This document shows positions 1-9,257 of a stretch of 64,000 bases of DNA, in pieces (the first letter of the stretch is position 1; every line of letters starts with the position of its first letter). The notes beneath the pieces are model-generated. The model made no database searches, had not been told where the DNA came from, and worked only from the letters and a program-made list of their open reading frames with translations. Made by a program: the position numbers and the translations under genes. Origin of the DNA: Acidobacteriota bacterium (GTDB lineage Bacteria > Acidobacteriota > UBA890 > WLXD01); assembly GCA_963666215.2 (NCBI GenBank), contig CAXWPL010000004.1, positions 544,001 through 608,000 of the forward strand, read 5' to 3'.

Positions 1-1465
1 CGACGACGCGCAGATCGAGACCCACCTGCGACAGGCGCGGCAGCGTGGATGGCAACAGCGCCACCAGAGCGGTGTGGCTCGCCGCGGCCAGGAGCAAGCC
101 GAGCCCACCGCCAGCGATCGCCAGCAGCAAGCTCTCGGCGACGAGCTGACGAACAAGACGGCCGCGGCTGGCGCCCAGCGCGCTGCGCACGGCGATCTCC
201 CGTTGCCTGCCCGTGGCCTGCGCCAGCAACAGGTTGGCGATGTTGGCGCAGGCGATAAGAAGAACGAACCCGACGGCGCCGAGCAGCGCCAGTAACGCCG
301 GTCGCACGCCGCCAACGATCGACTCTTGCAGAGGTAGCACGACGATCTCGCGGCCGGCCTCGTCGTCCGGGTACTGCTCCTCGAGCGCGGCGTGGATCGC
401 GTTCATCTCCTCCTGCGCCCGCTCGACGGTGGTCGTCGATCCCAATCGACCCACCGCGTCGAGGTAGTGCAGGCCACGCACCTCGCGGTAGTCCTGTCCC
501 AGGTCCATCGGCGGCGGCGGAATGACGAGAGGCGCCACGGCCCAAAGCTGGGCAGGCCGAACGAACTCGAACTGCGGGTTCATCACGCCAACGACGTGGA
601 AAGGGTCGCCGTTGAGCAGACTCGACTCGCCGACAATCCCCGGATCGGCGCCGAAGCTCTCGCGCCAGTAGCCGTCGCTGAGCATGACCTGCCGTGGTGC
701 TTCTCCACCCTCACCACTGGCGAACGACACGCCGAGCTGCGGCGCACCACCGAGCACGTCGAAGAAGGTCGGCGACACCCACATCGCTCGCACGCGTTCA
801 GGATCGCCGCGCCCGGTCAGGTTGAAGGTCGTCGCGATGAATGCCGCGATCTGCTCGACCTCGCTGACCTGCTCTTGCCAGTCGCGGAACGAGGCGGCGC
901 TGATGTTGGCCGATTCCTCGTCGGAGCGCTCGTTGATCAGCACCACGCGTCCGGCGTTGTCGAGCACCAGCGGCTCCAGGAGCACGCCGTTGACCACCGA
1001 GAACATCGCACTGTTGGCGCCGATACCCAGCGCCAGCAACAGCACGACGAGCGCCGAGAACCCCGGGCGCGCGCTGATCGCGCGAGCAGCGTACCGCAAG
1101 TCTTGTAGATACAACGACATCTTTCGATTTCCTTGATGACCCTTCCGGTGGCCGGGCTCGAGCCCGCCGCCATAGCGCGCGGTTCGATCGGCCAGGCTCG
1201 GTCGACCGAGGAACGCGCGCGCCCACTCGAGCAAGCCCACGGCCAGGCTTTGTAAGAACGTCAGACCCACCGCCAGCGTCAGACGGGCGGTGGCGGGAAA
1301 GCGAATTCCGACGGTTTGGGCCGTGTGCGCATCGAAATCGGCCACGATGTCGGCAACCGCCGGCGCGAACACACGGGCTTGTAGCCAGTCGGGCAGCAGC
1401 CGTTCGAGGCCCTGCGCCAGCGCCAGCGAAAGCGCGCCATGATTCGAGCTCGGCGCCTCAGGCAT
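1..1465 (-). CDS. ADOP-family (duplicated MacB-like) ABC permease, runs off the window edge
   Basis: Hand translation of the minus strand: ATG at 1465 overlaps the PadR stop and is in frame with [48 protein letters not shown] (from 1120), the typical ADOP start. Confidence 0.85.
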   Translation of the reverse strand, partial: MPEAPSSNHGALSLALAQGLERLLPDWLQARVFAPAVADIVADFDAHTAQTVGIRFPATARLTLAVGLTFLQSLAVGLLEWARAFLGRPSLADRTARYGGGLEPGHRKGHQGNRKMSLYLQDLRYAARAISARPGFSALVVLLLALGIGANSAMFSVVNGVLLEPLVLDNAGRVVLINERSDEESANISAASFRDWQEQVSEVEQIAAFIATTFNLTGRGDPERVRAMWVSPTFFDVLGGAPQLGVSFASGEGGEAPRQVMLSDGYWRESFGADPGIVGESSLLNGDPFHVVGVMNPQFEFVRPAQLWAVAPLVIPPPPMDLGQDYREVRGLHYLDAVGRLGSTTTVERAQEEMNAIHAALEEQYPDDEAGREIVVLPLQESIVGGVRPALLALLGAVGFVLLIACANIANLLLAQATGRQREIAVRSALGASRGRLVRQLVAESLLLAIAGGGLGLLLAAASHTALVALLPSTLPRLSQVGLDLRVV

Positions 1466-1796
1466 TGGGGCGGCCCGCAATCCCGGCATCTTCGAGTGCT
1501 ACGGCGTAGATCTCCCGCGTCCGTTCCCACATCCGCGTGCCCGCGGGCGTGATCTGATAGCGGCGCTCCTTGACCGGCCGCGTCGGTCCCTCCGTGCGTT
1601 CGTAGCGCCCAGAAAGGAGCCCTGCGTCCTCGAGGCGACCCATCAACTGGTAGAAACCCGGGCCGCTCCGGCGCACGCCGCGCTCGGCAAGGTAACCCCG
1701 TAGCTCACGCCCCGAAGCATCCCCGCCTCGCACCGCAGTCAACACGAGGAACTGAAGGTGCGTGATGTCGGGCAGCTGTTCCTTTTCCTTGGCCAT
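1458..1796 (-). CDS. PadR-family transcriptional regulator
   Basis: wHTH pattern ([14 protein letters not shown]...RRYQITPAG); coupled to the ADOP gene; paralogous to 56729-57046. Confidence 0.85.
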   Translation of the reverse strand: MAKEKEQLPDITHLQFLVLTAVRGGDASGRELRGYLAERGVRRSGPGFYQLMGRLEDAGLLSGRYERTEGPTRPVKERRYQITPAGTRMWERTREIYAVALEDAGIAGRPNA

Positions 1797-1919
1797 GGGT
1801 GAGGCTCCTCTGTCGATCAATCTCATATTACATAACGTGACATTAGGTCATACGAGGTTATCGTCTATCTACGGAGCCGAACAAGGGCGAGTTTCACCCT
1901 CTTTTCGATTGCCGCTGAG

Positions 1920-2532
1920 CGGCCCCATCATTCAGCTCTACGCTCGTGCCGGCACCGTCTACACGCCAACGCTCATCGTCGCCTACGGCGGGCCCGACTA
2001 CGAGAAGTGGTTTCACACCAACGAATCACTGCACAACGACGCCAAGCTGCGCCGCTTCACACCGCACGTCGACGTCGACGCGATCAGCCGCCGACAGCCG
2101 TGGAACCACGACGACGAGTACATCGTCGATCGTCACGCCGCGGTAGCGGCGCGCATCGTTGCCGCCGGCGGCAAGGTTGGCGTGGGTGGGCACGGACAAC
2201 GCCAGGGACTCGGCACCCACTGGGAAGTCTGGTCGATGGCGAGCGGCGGCATGCCGCCGCACGACGTTCTGCGCACCGCGACTCTCTTCGGAGCCCAGGC
2301 AATCGGCCTCGGCAACGAGCTCGGCTCACTCGAGCCTGGCAAGCTGGCCGACATCCTCGTGCTCGACGCCGACCCGCTCGAGAACATCCGCAACACGGCG
2401 GCACTGCGCTACGTGATCAAGGACGGCCAGCTGTTCGAGGCCGAGACCCTCGACCAGGTGTGGCCCGAGCAACGTCCGCTGCCAACGCAGTACTGGCAAA
2501 CTTTCGACCCCGATCGTCGCGCCGGCTCCTGA
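1920..2532 (+). pseudogene. Amidohydrolase-family protein, C-terminal fragment
   Basis: YTPTLIVAYGG, GGHGQRQGLGTHWE, GSLEPGKLADILVLD motifs; no credible N-terminus. Confidence 0.75.
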
Positions 2533-2627
2533 GCTGGCCCACGAGCTTCCGGCGCGCTTCGGTGGACAGCGCCAGGACGAGTTGGCACAGTTTCAGTCGT
2601 CCTTCCAAAAAATCCAGGAGAGAGCCG

Positions 2628-3422
2628 ATGACGGCCAATCTTTCACTTGCAGCGAAACCCATCAATCTCGACACCGACGTCCTGCGCGAGGCCATCAAGG
2701 GCGAGTACAAGGTTGTTGCCGAAGACCCTGGCAAGGGGTTTCACTTCCATACCGGCCGCCGGCTGACCGGGATCGTCGGCTATCGAGACGAATGGTTCGA
2801 TGGTGTGGCGGAGTCGGCCATCGAGTCGTTCGCGGGCACCGGCAACCCCTTTGCCATGGGCGAGCTGGTTGCCGGCGAGAAGGTTGTTGATATCGGCTCG
2901 GGCGGCGGCATCGATTCACTCGTCGCGGCTCGCATGGTCGGCCCCGACGGCGAGGTCGTTGGCATCGACATGACGCCGGCGATGCTCGAGAAGGCCCGCG
3001 CCGCGGCGGCCGAGTCGGGAGTCCGTAACGTCGAGTTCCGCGAAGCCTTCATGGAGGAGATCCCTGTCGCCGACGGATGGGCGGACGTGGTGATCTCGAA
3101 CGGCGTGCTCAACCTGACCCCCGACAAGCCGAAGGTCATGGGCGAGATGTTTCGAGTGCTGCGCCCCGGAGGGCGGCTGCAGCTCGCCGACATCCTGGTG
3201 ACCCGGGAGGTCTCGAACGAGGCGAAACAAAAGATCGACCTGCGGACCGGTTGAATCGCCGGCGCTCTGCTGGAAGCAGAGCTCGAGGCGACGGTCGTCG
3301 CAGCCGGTTTCACCGATTTCGAAATCACCTGGAGGGCCGAGGTCTTTGACGGCGCCCCGCAGGCGTCGAGCGCCAGCAAGTTCGGCACGGTCGGCATCAA
3401 CTTCCGCGCCAACAAGCCGTGA
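2628..3422 (+). CDS. ArsM/AS3MT-like SAM-dependent methyltransferase, probable selenoprotein (UGA at 3252-3254)
   Basis: AGGAG RBS before ATG 2628; VDIGSGGG SAM motif and DVVISNGVLNL; TG-UGA-IAGAL aligns with the ArsM C-IAGAL cysteine; frame continues 55 codons to TGA 3420-3422. Confidence 0.8.
3255..3291 (+). promoter_or_regulatory. Bacterial SECIS-like hairpin
   Basis: GCTCTGCT-GGA-AGCAGAGC (3264-3282) perfect stem, lower stem TCGCC/GGCGA, G-led loop 17 nt after the UGA. Confidence 0.7.
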
Positions 3423-3516
3423 CCTGGCCTCGGTGAGGAGCGATCGGACGACACCAGGGCGAGCCTGTCGGTCCTAGGGCAGCCTGTCGAGTCGATCCTA
3501 GCGGAGTCTGTCGGTG

Positions 3517-4245
3517 CTAGCGGAGCGAGGGGTCCGCCCGCAGATAGAGCGCCTCTGCGCGCACCTCGACATGGTTGAGCGACAGGAGCAACAGGTCGAT
3601 CAACAACGCCTTGCGAAGCTCATCGTCGAACCCGAACATGCGGCCCAGCCATGAGGGCAGCGGCAGGCTGCCGATACGGATGACGACGTCCGACCCGATG
3701 TCGAGATCGCCGTCGCGCACCGCGGGTGCGGAGTCGAGGGCAATCCAGATCGGTCGTCCGATGAGGAACGAGGCGTAGCGCCGGAGCCTGGTGATGAGCT
3801 GGCGCGTGTCGGCGCTGAGCTCATCAAGCGGCACCTCGCGCAGATCGATAACCGTGCCGGCCCGAAGCCGGTCACCGGCGAACGTCACACGGATCGGCTC
3901 CGCGTGGCGCAACAGCACGCGCCCATCAGGGTCGGCACTGGTGGCCGCGGTGATGACGTCGGCAACCTCCTCAGCGGTGGCCTCGACTTCGCCATTTTCC
4001 ACCACCTCCTGGAACAGCCTGTAGGTGGTATCGGCGGCGCCTGAGTCGATGCCGAAGAGCCCGGCGATCGCTCCGACGAGGGACTCGCCCTCCGAGTCCG
4101 CAGACTTGGCGTCGTCAGCTGCGACGGCGGCCGGGGGAATGCGCCCGGCGAGCAGATAGCTGGCGCTCAGTACGAACAACAGCGCCGCGATCAGCACGAC
4201 GGTGGCACCCACGATCTTCTTGCTCAAGGCCTGTCCCGGTGGCAC
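3517..4245 (-). CDS. Hypothetical protein with N-terminal membrane anchor
   Basis: 242 aa ORF with hydrophobic N-terminal segment. Confidence 0.6.
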   Translation of the reverse strand: MPPGQALSKKIVGATVVLIAALLFVLSASYLLAGRIPPAAVAADDAKSADSEGESLVGAIAGLFGIDSGAADTTYRLFQEVVENGEVEATAEEVADVITAATSADPDGRVLLRHAEPIRVTFAGDRLRAGTVIDLREVPLDELSADTRQLITRLRRYASFLIGRPIWIALDSAPAVRDGDLDIGSDVVIRIGSLPLPSWLGRMFGFDDELRKALLIDLLLLSLNHVEVRAEALYLRADPSLR

Positions 4246-4344
4246 TGACTAGAGTCCCGGGATGGTAGGCCGCCGCCTGAACACGCTCAACCGGTTTTGC
4301 GCCCGACATCCCGGCCGAGCGCCGATGATGCCGTCCTGGACGTC

Positions 4345-5430
4345 TCACTCGTTGCGTAGCGTGGTGATCGGATCGATGCGTGTGGCTCGTCGCGCCGGTA
4401 GGTAGGCAGCGGTGGTCCCGGCAATCGCGAGCGCGGCGGCGACTCCGATAAAGACCAGGGCGTCTCGAGGCTGAACCCCCACCAGCTTGCTTTCGAGCAG
4501 TCCGCCGACGAACCACGCGAACACCATCCCGAGCAGCAAGCCGAAGGCGAGCTGCAGCAGGCCTTGGCGGACCACCATGCCACGCACGTCGGCAATCTTG
4601 GCCCCGAGTGCCATACGCACAGCCACCTCGCGACCGCGACGATTAACCGCAAACGACATCACCCCGTACAGGCCCGTGCCGGCGAGAAAGAGCGCACCGG
4701 CACCCATGATCGCGAACAGCGTGCTCAGAACGTCGGCCACCCAAGCCTCCTCCTCGATCACGCCGCGCATCGTCTTGGCCCAGTAGATGGGAACATCTCG
4801 ATCCACCGAGGCGACCGCCGCCCGGATCGCCGGCACGAGCGTCAGCGAGTCGCCGGTGGTCCTGACCGCCAGGCTCAAGAAGCTGAGATCCCATTGCGAC
4901 ACCGGCACGTAGAGCCCGTACGGCATGTCGTTCTCGAGTCCATCCATATACAGATCCGGCACGACACCGACGATCGTGCGCCAGGCATGCGTGGACTCGG
5001 TCGAATCGGCAGCTTCCGACCCGCCGAACCGGACGCGACGCCCGATAGCAAGCGCTCCCATGTCAGCTGGGGAGTCGCCTGCGTCGGGGCTCTTCAGAAA
5101 GAATTGCTCGACGAAGCTGGTATTCACCACCACAACCGGCTCGCTCTCGTTGACGTCGAGCGCACCGAACAGTCGGCCTGACAACAGGCTCGTCTCGAAC
5201 GTATCGAAGTAGCCGGGGCTGATGAACTGCAGATTGGTGATCGGGTACTCGCTGTCGGCGGTGTACGCCTCACCGTCAAGCGCGAAGCGGGTGCCCCACA
5301 CGTATCCCGTGGTTGGCAGCCCCGAGGTCAGCGAGGCCGCCGTCGCGCCGGGCAGCGCCTCGAGTGCTGTCAGCGTTTCCTCGAAGAAGCGTCGGCGGCT
5401 CTCGGCATCGGGGTAGTCGGCTTCCATCAC
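4345..5430 (-). pseudogene. ADOP permease, C-terminal half only
   Basis: MacB periplasmic region plus FtsX domain (GLYGVMSFAVNRRGREVAVRMALGA...RRATRIDPITTLRNE); N-terminal half missing. Confidence 0.8.
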
Positions 5431-5463
5431 GCCGAATCTCGCAGTCGAGCGCCGGCGTGGCGG

Positions 5464-6486
5464 ATGGTTTCGGATGAGGGTCCGTACCTCAACGGCACCG
5501 ACCTGGCGCTTTTTCCACTTGCCTTCTTCACCGCCGGCATGCAGTTCAGCTTGCTGTCGGAGCTGCTGACCGCGGCACGCGCCGCGGACGTCCGACTGCG
5601 ATCGGTGACGATCGACTGCGACAACCGTTATTCAATGGAAGGATCCTTCCTCCGCGGCGACGCGATTGGCGGGGCGATGCCGGCCGACATCGCGGTGCGA
5701 CTCGACGGTGATCTCGATGCCACCCAAGGCCAACGGCTGATCGCCACGGCCGAGCGCGGCTGTCCGGCACAGGGTCTGATACGAGCGGCGTTGAGTAACC
5801 GATTCGCCTTGCGGCTCGACGGTCGGCCGATCGAGCTCGCCGAATTTTCAGCCTGCGATCCAGTAACACCAACGCTCTTCGAGGAAGTCTTCGCCGTGGC
5901 GGCTCCACAACCCGGAGATCCCGCCATCATCAAGAAGCTGCGCGCCGCCGAGGCCATCGCAGGCGTCGAGGGAGGCGCCGGAAGCAGCCTTCAGGCCGTA
6001 CAGAAACGGACCCTGCACGTACGCGGCCGCGCGCACTGGCTTGGCGGCTTTCGAGCCGAGACGAAGATTCAGCTCCTGCACCCGATCGGCAGCACCTTCC
6101 GTTTCGTCAGCGACGAATCCGCCGAGCGCGGCGGTGACGAAACGGCGCCGCCGCCGCTCGCGTATCTCAACGCTGGCGTCGGCTTCTGCTATATGACCCA
6201 GCTCGGACGCCTCGCTCACATCCGCAGGCAACCGCTGGAGAGCTACGCCATCGGGCAGGACAGCGGCTTCGCTCGGGCGGCCGACACCGATGCGTCGTCA
6301 CGGGTTGCCGTAGGTCCGTTCAACACCACCGTCGATCTCAGAAACCCTGCCGTCGAGATGCCGCAGCAAGGCCTCGACGAGCCGCACGCCGCCGACCTCG
6401 TGCGTATGGGCCAGCGCACCTGCTTCCTCCACGCAGCCATGCGCGGCTCCTATCCCAGCAAGCTCGAGCTGACCGACCGCAACTGA
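5464..6486 (+). CDS. OsmC-like protein with two OsmC-type domains, probably 5'-truncated
   Basis: SDEGPYLNGTD and SDESAERGGDETAPPPLAYLNAGVGFCY...TCFLH motifs. Confidence 0.6.
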   Translation: MVSDEGPYLNGTDLALFPLAFFTAGMQFSLLSELLTAARAADVRLRSVTIDCDNRYSMEGSFLRGDAIGGAMPADIAVRLDGDLDATQGQRLIATAERGCPAQGLIRAALSNRFALRLDGRPIELAEFSACDPVTPTLFEEVFAVAAPQPGDPAIIKKLRAAEAIAGVEGGAGSSLQAVQKRTLHVRGRAHWLGGFRAETKIQLLHPIGSTFRFVSDESAERGGDETAPPPLAYLNAGVGFCYMTQLGRLAHIRRQPLESYAIGQDSGFARAADTDASSRVAVGPFNTTVDLRNPAVEMPQQGLDEPHAADLVRMGQRTCFLHAAMRGSYPSKLELTDRN

Positions 6487-6775
6487 GGGTTTCCGGACAC
6501 GAGCCTCGGGTCTCCTGACGGCGGTTCCGCTGCAGTAGTCTCCGGCCTGCCGATATCTTGTACGCAACGGCGGAGAGCCGAGGGGCACACATGCCTCGGG
6601 TCCGGGCACGCCTTGCGTCTGCGTTCGTCTTGCGCCCTCGGAAGCTCTCCTTCAGGCTTGACGATCCGTGCTCGAATCTACCTGATCCTCGAACGCCGAG
6701 ACAGAACGTGATGCGCTCGCGTTCGCTGGCACGGGATGCCTTTCTGCTGCCCACGCTCGACCTCGTCGGAGGCTA

Positions 6776-8041
6776 GTGATTATCGATCGTCTCGTCACCT
6801 ACTTCGCGCTCGCGCTCACGATCAGCCTGTCGGTGACGCGACCGCGGATTCTGAATGGGCACCGGCTGGATCCGGCGATCGCCGCGACGTGCAGTGTGGT
6901 TCTGCTGCTGCTGGCCGGTGTGGTGCGCCCCGCCGACGTGATCAGCACGGCGCTGGAGCTCTGGCGCCCCATGGTGACGATCGTCTCGATCATGGTGAGC
7001 GCCGCGGTTGCCCATCGTCTCGGGGTCTTGAGGCAACTCGGAGCGATGCTCTTCGCCGATCCTTCCGCCCCAGCCGGGCGGGTGTTTCTCCGTGTCTTTG
7101 TGCTGACCGCGGTCACGTCGACTGTGCTCAACAATGACGCGGCGGTGCTGCTGCTCACGCCGCTCGTGCTGTCGCTGGTCAAGGAGCGGTTTCCCGGCGA
7201 GGACAGGCTGGCCACCGCGTTCGCCTTCGCCGTGTTCACCGCCGTCGGCGTCGCGCCCTTCGTGATCTCGAACCCGATGAACATGATCGTGGCCGCCTAC
7301 GCCAACCTCGATTTCAACCACTACGCGGCGTGGATGCTGCCCATCACGGTGATCGGCTGGTTGATCGCGTTCCCGATCTTGCGGCGCCTCTTCGCGCGTG
7401 ATCTGAATCGCGCCCCGGCGGCAGCGGCCATGGTCAACACGGGCAAGATCGATGTGACGCAGAAGATCATGCTCGGCCTGCTCGTGGGGGCGATTGGGGC
7501 CTATCCGTTGATTGCGATCGTCGACAGCTCGCTGATCTGGGTCGTTGCGGCAATCGGCGCCATCGCCGCGTTGCTCTTGGCCTGGTCACGAGCCGGACAC
7601 AACCCTGTGACTCTGCTCAGGCAAGGAGTCGCCTGGAACGTGCTGATTTTTCTGGGCGCGGTGTTCGTACTGGCGATCGGCCTGCGCAACGTCGGCGTCG
7701 TCGATGCGCTGGCGCGCGTTTACGCCGACGGCAACGTTCTTCGTATCGGTACCACGGCTGCCCTCGGCTCGGCGGTGCTCAACAACCATCCAATGGCCAT
7801 CATCAACATGATGGCTCTCGAGACGACCTCGACCAGCGGCCTGCGGCAGATTCTGGCGGCGCTCATTGGCGGTGATCTGGGCCCGCGGCTGCTGCCCATC
7901 GGCTCACTCGCGGGCCTGCTCTGGATGGAAGCGTGCCGGCGCGAGGGCGTCGAGATTCGCGTGGTGCAGTTCATCAAGGTCGGCGTCGCGGTTACCGTGC
8001 CCACACTGCTGGCGTCGCTGCTCATCCTGCAGCTTCGCTGA
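6776..8041 (+). CDS. ArsB/NhaD-superfamily membrane permease
   Basis: Multi-TM; LNNDAAVLLLTP, ISNPMN, LNNHP, DLGPRLLPIGSLAGLLW motifs. Confidence 0.85.
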   Translation: MIIDRLVTYFALALTISLSVTRPRILNGHRLDPAIAATCSVVLLLLAGVVRPADVISTALELWRPMVTIVSIMVSAAVAHRLGVLRQLGAMLFADPSAPAGRVFLRVFVLTAVTSTVLNNDAAVLLLTPLVLSLVKERFPGEDRLATAFAFAVFTAVGVAPFVISNPMNMIVAAYANLDFNHYAAWMLPITVIGWLIAFPILRRLFARDLNRAPAAAAMVNTGKIDVTQKIMLGLLVGAIGAYPLIAIVDSSLIWVVAAIGAIAALLLAWSRAGHNPVTLLRQGVAWNVLIFLGAVFVLAIGLRNVGVVDALARVYADGNVLRIGTTAALGSAVLNNHPMAIINMMALETTSTSGLRQILAALIGGDLGPRLLPIGSLAGLLWMEACRREGVEIRVVQFIKVGVAVTVPTLLASLLILQLR

Positions 8042-8151
8042 CCCCCCCCCCCCCCCCCCCCCGGGGGGGGCGTCGGACCGCCGAAGCCGCGGTGGCCAGC
8101 GGCGACGAAGGTCGCGGCTGGGTTTCAGGCTGGCGTGGCTCAGCGCGTGCG

Positions 8152-9015
8152 CTAGCTCTGGGATGCGAGCCAGCGATACATGCCGCGGACGTTCAGCGGG
8201 AAGTACTCTTCGTAACGGCCCCAGCTCTCGTACTGCGGCAGGCGCACCGTCGCGGCGGCCTCGTCCTCCGATTTGCCCTCGGCCAGGGCCTGTCCCACGG
8301 CGTCGCGAAGGGCATCGTAGTAGACGATCTGATCGTCGATCGACTGACGGTTCCCCGGCCTGTCGTGCGCGAACAGCATGGTCTCGTAGTCGAGCTCCTG
8401 CACCGCTGCCAACGTATCGAAGAAGTCCGGGAACTCGTGCGCATAGAGGTCGCGGTACGGGGTCGTGCCGTTGGTGACGAAATCAACCGCGAAGGCGATC
8501 TTGTCCTGCCGTAGGAGTGCCACGAGCATGTTGTCGGTGTGGCTCTTGCCCAGGTAGTGCAGGTCCAGAGTCCGGCCGCCGAAGTGCAGGGTCATCCTGT
8601 CGGTGAACGTGATCCCAGGGGGCGGCAGGTTCGGGTCGCCTGCCTCGAGGATCGGTGCGACGGCGTTGGCGTGCGCGATGATCGGTGCGTCCCCGAGCGC
8701 CGCTGTCAGGACGGCGGCACCCGTGGCGTGATCATCGTGGCTGTGGCTGTAGACGATGGCGAGCAGCGGCGACCCTGGAGCCAGTCGCTGGATCTCCTCG
8801 GCGTAGACTGCCGCAGCCTCGACCGACAACGGATCAAAGGCCACGACGCCCTCCGAGGTCACGAAGAAGAAGTTGTAGTGCCCCTCGTAGCGAAACTGAT
8901 AGACACCGTCAACGATGGTGATGGTCTCCCAATCGGCCTGCGACCCCGCACACGCCAGGCCCGATGCCGAGATCATGGCCAGCGCTACTGCTCCAATGCT
9001 GTGCATCCGTCGCAT
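8152..9015 (-). CDS. Exported metallo-beta-lactamase-fold hydrolase
   Basis: Signal peptide; YSHSHDDH, SHTD, AVDF motifs; AGGAG RBS. Confidence 0.85.
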   Translation of the reverse strand: MRRMHSIGAVALAMISASGLACAGSQADWETITIVDGVYQFRYEGHYNFFFVTSEGVVAFDPLSVEAAAVYAEEIQRLAPGSPLLAIVYSHSHDDHATGAAVLTAALGDAPIIAHANAVAPILEAGDPNLPPPGITFTDRMTLHFGGRTLDLHYLGKSHTDNMLVALLRQDKIAFAVDFVTNGTTPYRDLYAHEFPDFFDTLAAVQELDYETMLFAHDRPGNRQSIDDQIVYYDALRDAVGQALAEGKSEDEAAATVRLPQYESWGRYEEYFPLNVRGMYRWLASQS

Positions 9016-9257
9016 ATCGATCTCCTTCGGTGAGCTGAGCTTCCCGGGTGACCGTGGTGCGGCCACATGTTGCTGTCTGCGGCTTCCCCAACGGCAGAAC
9101 TGTACCCAGGACTCCGAATCCGGACAACAGTTGGCCTGGCCAGCGAACCGCAAGCCTCGACTCGAGGGATGGAACTCGGGTGTCGCTCGGCGAGCCACCG
9201 TGATCAAGTCGGGCCGTCCAACAGCGCTCTTGTGGATGGCTCGTTGCTTCGACTAGG

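Noticed and set aside
2007-2627. N-terminal extension of the methyltransferase ORF
   Set aside because: Arg-rich off-frame reading of the amidohydrolase; the RBS supports the start at 2628
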